The translations under genes were made by a program, and so were the position numbers. This document shows positions 22,970 to 35,257 of a stretch of 64,000 nucleotides of DNA, in pieces. Source of the stretch: Oopsacas minuta (lineage: Eukaryota; Animalia; Porifera); assembly GCA_024704765.1 (NCBI GenBank), contig JAKMXF010000354.1:543690-607689 (forward strand), read 5' to 3'. The notes beneath the pieces were generated by a model, which saw only the letters and a list, made by a program, of their open reading frames with translations, did not search any database and was not told the DNA's origin. Within the stretch, counting starts at the first letter, position 1. The number at the start of each line of letters is the position of its first letter.

Positions 22970-23393
22970 TGATCTGCTTATTTGATGAGGCATGGATGAA
23001 AATATCATTTAATTGTTATATTGATAAATGAATTAGTCTACATTTGTTCATTACCTGCAATATTACTACGTGTATATCAAATTCAACACTAAAGTTTATT
23101 GTTTATTTTCATTTTGGATTGGAGGTAGCATGAATAACATGCAACATAAACTTTATCTCATGTGATATATGCTTCATCATATTGGCTTTATTACTGTCCC
23201 TATTTCAAATGTTTTAAATCATGTGATTATGTTTATACAACAATAGTTCGTATATAAGAGAGTTCCTAGTGTGAAACTGTGAATCGCATTTTTTATGTAC
23301 CTCAAATATTACTGATATAGCTAGTAGTAAAATTTATTCATCAACTCATCTGTACATGTTATTTATTATTCATTAGCCTGTCTGTGAGTAGTT

Positions 23394-24782
23394 ATGCCAG
23401 TATTGAAGGAAGATACCACTGATGGGAACCCAGAATTACATCTACGTTCGAATAAATACACTGAACCCGTCACTGTCATTGCAAATGGAGATAAGAAGTG
23501 GCCTGTATACAGAATGTCAGAAGTATCAGAGCACAGCTGGAAGCATCAGAGGAAATGGGTTGTTATTCGTAGAGGTGTGTATGACATAACTAACTGGCTC
23601 TATAAACATCCTGGAGGTCCATGGGTGCTGAAAAACTACGCTGGACAGGATGGTACCACTGCATTCCTCTCTTTCCATAAGGACTTGTCTGTTGTTGAGA
23701 AGTATATGAGGACATATCAGATTGGTGTACTTGATGAGGAAGATAGGAAAGCGCTGCAGGATACCCCAATAGCATATGAATTTGCTGATTTGACAAAGAA
23801 AGCTCACGACATGGGATTATTCAAGACAAATTTCTTTTTCTATGCCTGTGTATTCGTGCATATTATCATACTAGAGGTATTAGGCTTCTATATCTTGCAT
23901 AAGATAGGTTACAAGTCCTGGCTAGGGTATTTGCTAGCTGCTATTCTCCTATCATCATCACAGGCACAGGCTGGCTGGCTACAACATGATTTCGGACATC
24001 TTTCAGTACTAAAGAGCAGTAGATTGAATCATATGGCACACAAGTTCGTTATCGGCTTCATGAAGGGTGCGGCAGCTTCTTGGTGGAACTGGAGACATTA
24101 TAGACATCACTCTAAGCCCAACGTAGTAGTGAAGGATCCTGATATCACCTTCCCAGAGCTATTCATTTTCGGCAAAAACTTTCCAATTTTATGGGCTAAG
24201 AAACACAAAATAGCTCGATACTATCAATGGCAACATTTATACTTTTTTTTTCTAGGACCTCCAATGCTCTTACCAGTGTATTTCCATTACGAGATAACTC
24301 GTCACGTTATCAAATACAAGCAATGGATGGACCTGTTCCTGATGGGTATGTTCTTAGTCAGGTTTATAGGGATAGCTTCATATTCTTTAGGGATAGGGGG
24401 AGGACTTGGTTTGTACATGTTTGTGAGGTTCTTAGAAAGTCATTGGTTTACATGGGCTACACAGATGTCACATATTCCAATGCATGTGTCATATGATGAA
24501 AAAAATGATTGGCCAACCCTCCAGACCCTTGCCTCTACTAACGTGTCTGCTACTGCATTTACCAGCTGGTGGAGCGGACATCTCAATTATCAAATCGAGC
24601 ACCATCTCTTCCCTACAATGCCACGACATAATTTCTGCAAAATAGCTCCACACGTAAAGGAATTCTGCGAAAAGAATCACCTTACTTACACAGTCAAGAC
24701 TACCTATCGAGCCTTTGCTGATATCGTATTGAGTATGCGAGAATCTGGAGACTTGTGGTACAACACTTTCTACGAGATGTGA
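23394..24782 (+). CDS. FADS2: Front-end (delta5/delta6) fatty acid desaturase with cytochrome b5 domain
   Basis: HPGG heme motif; His boxes HDFGH, HYRHH, QIEHH. FADS1 versus FADS2 specificity cannot be resolved by eye. Confidence 0.88.
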   Translation: MPVLKEDTTDGNPELHLRSNKYTEPVTVIANGDKKWPVYRMSEVSEHSWKHQRKWVVIRRGVYDITNWLYKHPGGPWVLKNYAGQDGTTAFLSFHKDLSVVEKYMRTYQIGVLDEEDRKALQDTPIAYEFADLTKKAHDMGLFKTNFFFYACVFVHIIILEVLGFYILHKIGYKSWLGYLLAAILLSSSQAQAGWLQHDFGHLSVLKSSRLNHMAHKFVIGFMKGAAASWWNWRHYRHHSKPNVVVKDPDITFPELFIFGKNFPILWAKKHKIARYYQWQHLYFFFLGPPMLLPVYFHYEITRHVIKYKQWMDLFLMGMFLVRFIGIASYSLGIGGGLGLYMFVRFLESHWFTWATQMSHIPMHVSYDEKNDWPTLQTLASTNVSATAFTSWWSGHLNYQIEHHLFPTMPRHNFCKIAPHVKEFCEKNHLTYTVKTTYRAFADIVLSMRESGDLWYNTFYEM

Positions 24783-25136
24783 CTACAGACGGTACTTATT
24801 TTTTAGTTTTATTATCGAAATAATTTTTAGGTTAAAAGCGAAACTTTTCACTTTACAACTTTTGTTGTTAGTCACTTATTTTGACTATTTTTGCTAGTAT
24901 AGCTTAGTTTTATAACATTTCCTCATAAATATAGTTTTTATATAATTTTAACCGATTCGCTAAAGTTTAATCACTTATCCATGGTTAGAACACCAACAAT
25001 TCCCAGACATCTTTTGTACAATTTGTTATTATTTTTCAATCCCTCTCCTTTGTCCCTCTGTTCATACATCCATTATCATACAATGATTTTGACTTCATCA
25101 GGTTGTTATTTAGTAAAAGAATTACAAACATAAGGA

Positions 25137-26069
25137 ATGAACTTTGACATAACAGTAGTCGGATCTTGTAATACAGATTTTATTAGTTATGTACCACGCA
25201 TGCCTTCTCTAGGAGAGACTATAGTAGGAGACAAGTTTGAGGTAGGGTTTGGTGGTAAGGGTGCTAATCAGTGCGTAATGTCATCAAAGCTAGGAGCTAA
25301 GGTAGGCATGGTAGCTAAAGTAGGTGATGACGTATTCGGGAGTCAGACTATTGATAATTTCAAATCACATCAAGTGGATACAAGATTTGTTTATATTGCA
25401 GAGGGCGTGTCCTCAGGTGTTGCACCTATCTGTGTGACACCTGGAGGAGAGAATACAATTGTAATAATCCCAGGAGCAAACAATTTCCTTACTACATTAG
25501 AAGTTGATAGAGCTATTGAAATGATTAACGTTTCTAAAGTATTACTCTGTCAATTAGAAATACCTCCAGCAGTTACCTTACATGCTCTAAAACTAGCTAG
25601 AGATAGAAAAGTTATAACGATTCTGAATACAGCTCCAGCTATACCTCTATTCAATGAATTCTACATATATACAGATATTCTGTGTATGAATGAATCCGAG
25701 TGTAAGGCTTTATGTGGTATAATGCCAGATAGTACTGATGAACGTAGCAAAGCTATTATACACTTCATTAGGTTAGGAGTAGCTTGTGTTATTCTGACCC
25801 TTGGGGAGTCAGGTGTAGTGTATGGTGAGAAAGAAGACCCTAAGAGGATTGTTAGCATTCCAGCGCTAGTTGTCAAGGCTGTAGACACTGCTGGTGCTGG
25901 AGATGCATTTGTAGGAGCTCTAGCTTATTTCTTAGCTTGTAAACAGGAATTGCCTCTTGAGGATAAGATCATGAGATCAACTCACATTGCTTCTCTATCT
26001 GTTACAAGATCTGGTACACAGAAAAGTTACCAGAGCAAACATGAACTTAGCTCTGAGCTATTTAAATAA
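25137..26069 (+). CDS. RBKS: Ribokinase (PfkB family)
   Basis: GGKGANQ, NTAP, NESE and VDTAGAGDAFVGALA motifs. Confidence 0.95.
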   Translation: MNFDITVVGSCNTDFISYVPRMPSLGETIVGDKFEVGFGGKGANQCVMSSKLGAKVGMVAKVGDDVFGSQTIDNFKSHQVDTRFVYIAEGVSSGVAPICVTPGGENTIVIIPGANNFLTTLEVDRAIEMINVSKVLLCQLEIPPAVTLHALKLARDRKVITILNTAPAIPLFNEFYIYTDILCMNESECKALCGIMPDSTDERSKAIIHFIRLGVACVILTLGESGVVYGEKEDPKRIVSIPALVVKAVDTAGAGDAFVGALAYFLACKQELPLEDKIMRSTHIASLSVTRSGTQKSYQSKHELSSELFK

Positions 26070-26335
26070 AGCGATAGAATTTAATTGATATCATCATAGT
26101 ATATTAATAAATATATATTGCGGTGTTTCGTCACGCTGATAGAGAGAGTCACAAATTTATTATTCCATCCTTAAAATTCTAACGATAAAACTTGATTTAA
26201 TTAGTGGGGACTCATTGAATTATCAATAATTAATATATTAATTATTGTCGCTTGGGGAGCGTTCTTATCAGAATTCTAATATATCTTTCCCATAATTTGT
26301 TAATAAATATTCGACACATTCTACAGACTACATCC

Positions 26336-27587
26336 ATGCATTTCGTGTCGGTAATATTGCTGTTATTCTCATTCGTTTGTATACTCAATGCCCGAGTGCA
26401 TCCAGTTCCCATCAAAGAGGACCCTGAAACACACATGAATGTAATACAGATCCTCTCTTACTGGAAGTATCCAGGGCAGGAACATCACGTCATAACAAAG
26501 GATGGATATAATCTAACTATTCACCGTATTCCTCACGGTAGGAATAACTCTATTGCTACTAAAGGAGTTGTGTACTTACAACATTGTCTGCTTTGTTCCA
26601 GTGCTGATTTCCTACTCAACCTACCATCTGAATCATTGGGATTTATGCTAGCAGACCAGGGATATGATGTTTGGATGGGTGAATATTATAATTTTTGATT
26701 GGTTAATTAATTGATTGTGTGTATTATGTGTACTTTTATATTTAGGAAATATTCGTGGGAATTTCTATTCCAGATCTCACGTGACTCTCAAGCCCTCAGA
26801 TCCAGATTTCTGGAAGTTCTCATTCGATGAACACTCCCTCATAGATCTCCCAGCTATGATAGACTATGTACTCAACAACACAGGAAAGTTACAGCTAAAA
26901 TACATAGCTCATTCTCAAGGTACTCTTATGGGGTTTTTAGGATTCTCTTCTAACAAAGAACTTGCTTCTAAGATTAAGATATTTGCAGCCATGGCTCCTG
27001 TATTATATGTAGGCCACACTAAAGGATTGATTAAGTTTATTGCAGAAAGATACTATGACTTAGATTTACTAATTAAGTTATTAGGTATTAACGAGTTCCT
27101 GCCTAGTGGTAAGCTATCTCATACTTTAGCTGAATTGTTTTGTGGAAAAATAGATGCTTTTATTTGTGAAGATGTAATTTTTGCAATCTGCGGTCCTGAT
27201 CAAACAGGATTCAACAAATCTCGCCTTGTAGTTTACGTATCACACACCCCTGCAGGCACTTCTGTTCAAAATATGCTGCATTGGGGACAAGCAGCATTAA
27301 GGAATAATGTTACACATTTTGACTACGGGAAGAAAGAGAATATGAAAAAATATAATCTACCCTATCCTCCAGCATATGATCCATTTAACATTCAAATACC
27401 TATTGCCCTATATCACGGGGAATACGACTGGTTAGTACAACCTAAGGATTATCAGCAATTAAGTAAATTACCTAATATAGTATATCAGAAAGAATTGGAA
27501 ACTTTTGAACATTTAGACTTTATTTGGAGCATTCATGCAGCTAAACTAGTCTACTCTGATATCATCGAATTGTTTGAAAAGTATTAA
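26336..27587 (+). CDS. LIPA: Acid lipase (LIPA/LIPF family) copy 1, about 394 aa; exons 26336-26678, 26746-27587
   Basis: Signal peptide; TKDGYNLTIHRIP; DVWMG|NIRGN across a 67-bp phase-1 intron; catalytic AHSQG, DWL, HLDF; SHTPAGTSVQN. Confidence 0.92.
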
Positions 27588-28364
27588 AAAGTCTAACGAA
27601 ACATTATATAGTTTTTTATGGGTATTTATTGAATTGGATAGTTTTGTTAGTTTGGTTTGAATATTTATTTACTGTATATTGTTTGTATTTATTTCTATGA
27701 TTTTGAGCTCTTGATTTTGATGTGTTGATTGTTGCAAATAAGTTCCGAACAGTCGTTCTTTGTTTATAGGTTGCCCTGTTAACAAATTGTTACAAATTAT
27801 AACGAACAAGATAAGAAAACACTTTGATACGAAATAAAGTAGTGTCTAGGATGCCGACTAGTTTGAAATTTCCTTTATTCTTTAACTTTTCTATTTGTAA
27901 TATATTTTTGCCGTAGTAAATTAATTATTTTGTCTGTCTTATCGAATTGATTACGATATAAATTAATTATGGTTGTCTACGTGTTTTCCACGCAATATTT
28001 GTCAAGTGCTAAGTTCTGAACTAAGCTTTTGAGTAGGTTGGGATATTGTAAATGGTTCCATAATTGTATATAATTGACAAACAATTTGTCTATCAGCATA
28101 TTGTTAAATATTGTATCCTTACCAAAATCTAATTTGTGTAGACTCAACCGCCTATAAATCCGACTAAGTTTATTAATTAACCTATTAGACATAGCTAGAT
28201 AAATGTACCATCTTCTCCAGGTACATAGGGAAACAATTTTGTGATCTTATTCGTGTCTAATTTACAACAACAAATATTCATATACTCTAAACCTTGTAGT
28301 AGAAAGAAAAACACAACGGGATTTCATTGTCTAAATTGCTCTCTGCTAAACCTTAAGACATAAC

Positions 28365-29631
28365 ATGACAACCACATCCATGCATCTCTTATCAGCAATA
28401 TTGCTGTTATTCTCATTCGTTTGTATACTCAATGCCCGAGTGCATCCAGTTCCCATCAAAGAGGACCCTGAAACACACATGAATGTAATACAGATCCTCT
28501 CTTACTGGAAGTATCCAGGGCAGGAACATCACGTCATAACAAAGGATGGATATAATCTAACTATTCACCGTATTCCTCACGGTAGGAATAACTCTATTGC
28601 TACTAAAGGAGTTGTGTACTTACAACATTGTCTGCTTTGTTCCAGTGCTGATTTCCTACTCAACCTACCATCTGAATCATTGGGATTTATGCTAGCAGAC
28701 CAGGGATATGATGTTTGGATGGGTGAATATTATAATTTTTGATTGGTTAATTAATTGATTGTGTGTATTATGTGTACTTTTATATTTAGGAAATATTCGT
28801 GGGAATTTCTATTCCAGATCTCACGTGACTCTCAAGCCCTCAGATCCAGATTTCTGGAAGTTCTCATTCGATGAACACTCCCTCATAGATCTCCCAGCTA
28901 TGATAGACTATGTACTCAATAACACAGGAAAGTTACAGCTAAAATACATAGCTCATTCTCAAGGTACTCTTATGGGGTTTTTAGGATTCTCTTCTAACAA
29001 AGAACTTGCTTCTAAGATTAAGATATTTGCAGCCATGGCTCCTGTATTATATGTAGGTCACATTAAAGGATTGGTTAAGTTTATTGCAGAAAACTACTAT
29101 GACTTAGATTTTCTATCATGGTTGCTAGGTCTCCATGAATTATTACCTAGTGGTAAGCTTACTCATACTACTGCTGAGTTGTTTTGTGGAAAAATAGATG
29201 CTTTTATTTGTGAAGATGTAATTTTTGCAATCTGCGGTCCTGATCAAACAGGATTCAACAAATCTCGCCTTGTAGTTTACGTATCACACACCCCTGCAGG
29301 CACTTCTGTTCAAAATATGCTGCATTGGGGACAAGCAGCATTAAGGAATAATGTTACACATTTTGACTACGGGAAGAAAGAGAATATGAAAAAATATAAT
29401 CTACCCTATCCTCCAGCATATGATCCATTTAACATACAAATACCTATTGCTCTATATCACGGGAAATACGACTGGTTAGTACAACCTAAGGATTATCAGC
29501 AATTAAGTAAATTACCTAATATAGTATATCAGAAAGAATTGGAAACTTTTGAACATTTAGACTTTATTTGGAGCATTCATGCAGCTAAACTAGTCTACTC
29601 TGATATCATCGAATTGTTTGAAAAGTATTAA
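28365..29631 (+). CDS. LIPA: Acid lipase copy 2, about 399 aa; exons 28365-28722, 28790-29631
   Basis: Same motifs and an identical intron at +2044 offset. Confidence 0.92.
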
Positions 29632-31242
29632 CTTGTTGTATATGTACTGTGTATATTTGTCAATTTTAATACATTTTCTAAATCGGGTTTGTAGATAATT
29701 CATTTTGGTTTCTTAGAAATTATTAATATTCACTGCATTCTATATTTTGCATTTATCAGCGATCAGTTTGTGATACAAAAATAATTAAGAATTAACCTAA
29801 AATTCAATTTAATTGAGTGTCAGAATAACATGCTACGCATCTATAAGCAAGGAAAATGTTATATTCTTTTCTTATTTGATCTGTAATTATATTTTCACAT
29901 ATTTAACACGTTTGGATTAGGTGCACGTTATTATTTAAGTAAATTTTATAGCAATCAATATCTCAAACATATGTTTGTATTATGCTCAACTTTTGAACTT
30001 ATATTATATAACGAATAGACTGTGGCTGTGATGAGATGACAATTACATTGGATGAATTTATTCGCTTTAATCAAACTTCCTACGCTTGCACGTGTATATG
30101 ATTGATAACAGGCTATAATTCTTGTTTTGATGAAACTTATAAATCAATTAATTATTATTTGGTATGAGATTTCTATTGGTGATTATGGCAAATTTTAATT
30201 AATTTGTATAGTTCTTGTTTGCTTTATGAGAAGTCAGTCGGTATTATGACTACCAGTTCATAGTCTATTATTTTTGACTTTTTAACAAACAAAAAATTAA
30301 CTTCTATCGCCTTGAAATTATTTCTTGGAAAGCTATAATTGTTATTTAACAAGACCATAGTATAGACTGGTCTGTTCAATGTAGGCGGGCTTCTATACGT
30401 CTAGCATACACTTTTAGAATATTGGCAGAAAGTTTACTGAGTTTTTTTAAATTAAACTGTTGGTTTTATTCTGGGAGGAGGTAGTAGTGTAGAGGGAAGT
30501 TTTTGTCAACTTTAAGAGATGATTATTTACCAATACGAATATCTCTTGACTAATTACTATTCAGAAAATCTCCTATTCAATTCATGCAAATAGGAATACG
30601 ACTAATGTGTTTCTCACACTATTCTTTCATAGTGTTTATTAATATTACAAAATTAATACAAATGGAATTGAAATTCTGTACCCTTGGCAACCCTGTCGTA
30701 ATAATATGTGCTGTTAGAGGATCATCACACGTACATATATTAACTTATCCTAATTGGTTAGATTACTCTGACGATATTAATCTGAGGATGATCATATTAC
30801 AAACGTAATACCTTGTGGCATGAACGAACAATACACTAAACTTAGATATTTTATTGATTGAATAATGGTGATTATTAGAGCTATAGTTTATGATAACTAA
30901 GTGTATTAGCTAGTGTATTATCGCTCACAACTAGTTTACTATTCATGTTATACTGCAGTTAATATTCAGCAACATTTTCACATATTTCCATTAGCTGTAA
31001 GGAAATTGCTCCTACGTTGTGCTCTACAATTGTTGAAATAATGATGACGACATATATCATTCAAAATTATGGTAAAACAACAAATTTATACGTTTATGCA
31101 ACTGTTAATCAGTCACACGCAATCTGTTTAGATTTGTGAGCTGATTATGAAAGGATCATTCAGATCATACAGCAATCTACGTATCTTCTCAGCTAAATCC
31201 ATTGTGTAGATTCTGAGAATATTATCTAGAAATTGTAAATAA

Positions 31243-31483
31243 TACCGTATTTCTCAGAATAAGTGCCGAAGGCAAGAATAGGGCTCCAAAGCTTGTGGAT
31301 AAAAATTATCACCATCCTATAGGAGATTTTTTTAATGAAATTTACACCTCATTTGACCATTCAACAAATTAAGATAGCTAATTTCCTAAAATCATTTGTA
31401 TTTTCAAAAGTTGGGAAATATTGTATACGTAAAAATGCCCTCGAAAAGAATAAGCGCCTAAAATTATTCACGGAAATATAATA
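31243..31483. mobile_element. Degenerate pogo/Tc2-type MITE
   Basis: Left TA-CCGTATTTCTCAGAATAAGTGCC resembles pogo-family TIRs; internal GAATAAGCGCC repeat; decayed right end TTATTCACGGAAATATAATA. Confidence 0.4.
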
Positions 31484-32138
31484 TTATAAAATATTTCTTG
31501 GAATTTTCTTTAATATTGAATTATACAATATTCGAATTATTTATTCATTAATTAGTCAACCTAGACAACAATTTCGGTTAATCGTTCACTTTTGCTGATT
31601 AGACAAAACCCTGTACTGATGTGGTTCAATTAAGCGAGCCCACTTTACATGCAAACAAACCCAACATGAAATACCTATAACTTATAACAATAGTAGCGAT
31701 CTGTACTTCTATTAAATTCCCATCCAACTCTATGATTATTTATTGTATTTTGAATTCATAAAATAATTAAATGACAATATAGCTATATACTTAGGAGCAA
31801 ATTAATGCTAGCTGAAGACGGTAATATTATATTATCTTCACTTCTCAATTAACTACACAGTGCATGTTACAACTGTGCTCCTCCTATGTCCTTAAGCAGA
31901 TGTTTAATTTAATCTTACACGATTATTATATTCTATTTCTTATTTTCACTTAATTTATCCTTGAATATCTGGCTCAAATTTCAAAAGTTTGTAGTACAAA
32001 ACCAGAATACCCATTCGAATAAGAATATTGAATTGAAAAATTAACATTTTGTATAATTTTATTGCTTTTAATATCAATTAACATCGAATTATTCTAAATA
32101 TAATATTTAATACAAATTTGGCGATATGAAGGTGCAGC

Positions 32139-32486
32139 TTAATCTACGATCAGGAACTCCTCATCACTCCCATCAAAATGTTCCGTGATCTGATGCATTA
32201 TAGAAGTTCTGCTCTCCCTAAGCTGCACTACTTCTTCCTGCAATATCGCAAGATATGCCGCAAGCCTGGCGCGTTCGTGCTCGAGCGTTTCGTACTCATT
32301 AGCTTTGCGCTGGCGGCTCTCCTTGCGATACGTCTTCATCTTAATCCTTCGCCTTTGCTTCTTGATGTGCTGCTGTTCACATTTTGGGACCCGATCTTCC
32401 TTTAGTCTTTTGTTCAGTTCTTTTATATCGAGTCCCGTGATATCTGCTTGGCTTAGCATCTGGTCGTTCCTTCCTTTACTTGTCAT
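32139..32486 (-). CDS. Small Maf-like bZIP protein with an atypical basic region
   Basis: LSQADITGLDIKELNKRLK resembles the Maf extended homology region; KKQRRRIKMKTYRKESR aligns to LKQRRRTLKNRGYAASCR; heptad zipper follows. Possible 53-bp 5'-UTR intron 32573-32521 (GTAAGT...TTTTCAG). Confidence 0.7.
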   Translation of the reverse strand: MTSKGRNDQMLSQADITGLDIKELNKRLKEDRVPKCEQQHIKKQRRRIKMKTYRKESRQRKANEYETLEHERARLAAYLAILQEEVVQLRESRTSIMHQITEHFDGSDEEFLIVD

Positions 32487-32914
32487 TATTGAAGATTTGT
32501 TTTTTCTGTTTCTTGAATAACTGAAAATTCCTTCTTTTTATATTTTTCGACACCAGAATTTAGGTATACTTACCCGAATACTGCGTCGTAGATTGTAATT
32601 AAATATTCTTCTGAATGATTAGTCTATTTCGACCACTGTAATGCTGATACTCGCTAGATTCTTGTAATCTTCACTTATTAATTTATCCATTCTATCTATT
32701 GAATCTTTAATTTCTCTAATATTAATTCACAACCGGATACTTGACCACGAAAATTTCATTCTTCTGAGATGGATTTCCTTGCTGAATTCCCTATATTAAA
32801 AATTAATTAGTTCTAGTAACAAACTGTTATCTTCCTTATGCACTTGATTTCCTATTTTAACCCTCAGAGACAGGAAGTATAACTTTATTATGTGGAAACC
32901 AATTCTGATTACGA

Positions 32915-32939
32915 AGAGAGAGAGAGAGAGAGAGAGAGA
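32915..32939. repeat. (GA)n microsatellite upstream of the Maf-like gene
   Basis: About 12 AG units. Confidence 0.95.
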
Positions 32940-33660
32940 TTTGTCGTTATACGTAATACATGTTCGATTATCTATATTTTTGTTGTGAATTTTAGCCGTT
33001 TTAGCTATAGAACATATACCTTCTTTACATTTACTTTTTGAACTTTTTTCTTTATAATATCCTATTTAGCATAATATTTATTGAAACCTTATTTTGTTAC
33101 TTTGGGAAATAGATTTAGTCTTTCAGAAAATTCAATTTATTGACAGTTGACTTTTGTTAGTACTTATTTATTGGATATTCATAAATTGATTTAATTTCCA
33201 ATAATATACTTCTTGTGTTAATGTATGTACCACACTCTACCTATGAGATTTCCTCCATAGGATTTGTGTTATCTTTTATAAGTCTAGTCGGATAGAAAAA
33301 TATTCGTAATAATACCCGATTTGGTATAAATCATTAATTCTACTACCTTGCATGACAAATTTGCTACCTCATTTAGAAATTTGCAATTTTGTACCAAAAA
33401 TACCGAATACTAGACATTCGTAACTAATCGTTAAGTGTGAGGAGCTGATGCTGTAATGATCGCAATGAATGATGCATTTCTCATTTGGCACTTGTCGTGA
33501 CGACATATGCACTTTGTATAGTGATTTTCTGTAATATTGTATTGGTTATTTCAGATAATTGTTATATTTGATTTAACCATTTCACCTAATTGACTTTATG
33601 TACACGTAAAATGAAATTTAAGTCCTGCTCATTGTTATTAAGATGGCATAACTATGTTAC

Positions 33661-33869
33661 TACAGTATGACCTCAGTAAGTATCTGACTATCTATGTATG
33701 GTTCGAGGCAATGTTTGTCATATTCGATGTAAAAGTGCCTGTATGAGGCTATCCATATTGACTCCACAATCTCTGGTTGAAGGACATTATATTTCAAATT
33801 TGAAATGGGTTTTATCAGTAGATTGGCCGTACCTCCCTCCCCCACTTAAGTATAGAGGTTCTACTGTAT
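33661..33869. mobile_element. Tc1/mariner-pogo-type MITE with TA target duplication
   Basis: TA-CAGTATGACCTC ... GAGGTTCTACTG-TA imperfect terminal inverted repeats. Confidence 0.55.
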
Positions 33870-34256
33870 TTTGAAAATATTTTTGTGCTCAATTATGAAA
33901 TCTTTTGATAGAACTAATCTATATCAGTTGTAATTTCAATATTTTACTTTACTCATTATGATCTTCAACCAAACCTTGGATGAGATTACACTATCAAATA
34001 TTCTTGGAAAAAGCAACATACTATCGTTTGCGCCAACAGCTTTGCATTTGACTAAAATAACCATGGGTATATGTGACTAGCTTTATGCAATACACGGAGA
34101 TATGTACACGTGGATGAAATCTATATTATTAAATCACAATTGTTGTCTGTCTGTCTGTTGTCAAGGAAAGGATTTACGGTATGCAATTTTGAAATTGTCG
34201 CATAACTATGTATTTATCGTGTTTATCAATGAAGCAAATAGAATTCAATAAAACTT

Positions 34257-34690
34257 CACTAAATATATCGAACATGCTGAATCCGATTTCACACTTTTGG
34301 ATTATTCATATGTAAATTTTTTGTTGTTTTTATGAATATAAAGTAAACAAATAATCCAAATCTCAATATATACGTACAGCCTTGCACTAAACGTCCACCC
34401 TCACCCTGGGGTAACAAAGTACACTGAATCCGAATTTCGCATTTTCAAGTTTCTTATATGTAAATTATTTTGGTGTTTTTATAAATATAAAGTAAACAAA
34501 TTTCAAATTTGAGGTAGAATCATACTTTCAACAACTATCCTGCGGTAATCGAGTATCCTGAGTCCGAATATCGTAAACAACATCAATATTATAAAATCTC
34601 AATTGTTGTTTGTCTGTTTGTTTGTCTGTTGAATACCTCGAGGCGCAATGCACCGAGCTCATCGCGAAGCGACGAGCCAAAGGCTCCTAA
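34257..34690. mobile_element. Dispersed repeat copy 2 (HINE/Helentron-like)
   Basis: Colinear homology with 15730-16148; TGTTTGTCTG microsatellite; terminal GAGCTCATCGCGAAGCGACGAGCCAAAGGCTC hairpins followed by T-rich sequence. Confidence 0.55.
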
Positions 34691-35257
34691 TTTAATAAGT
34701 TACAAAGCTAAGCTAAGCCCCGTTCATTCGGTGCTCTACAGTATTACATTATGTCTAGAGACAGGTGTGTGTCTATCTACTTTGTTAATGATTATTGCAA
34801 CTTCAGACACAACAAATCAACTACATGAGGCAGTGGGTGTTAGATACCCAAACGGCAAAATGGAATAAGATATTAATATACTGTGTCATCATCTTGTTAT
34901 TGTCTATAAAGATTGTGCGAACATTACAACTACGTATGTATATTGATTTTATGCTCCGAATTGTCTGGTATTATAGAGAGCATTTTATGACTACTAATAT
35001 TTACGAATTCGAGTTTTTAGAATGTCTCCTATGATTTTAGATCCACAGTGATAAGTGCTCGATAAACGATCAATCAGTACGCTAAACATCCTAACTCTAA
35101 GCAGTTTACCACTAATACGTATATTTCTTGAGAATATTTAGCATACCTTATCACATCATGTACATTATTGCCTGAAGTCTCACGCTTAATACCCGATTCT
35201 AGTTATTGCTGTAATTATTGGCTTATTGTAACTCTTAATAGGGATTAGTATATTTTA

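Noticed and set aside
27977-28192. 71-aa minus-strand ORF between the lipase copies
   Set aside because: Short and unrecognised; cannot be separated from chance without homology data.
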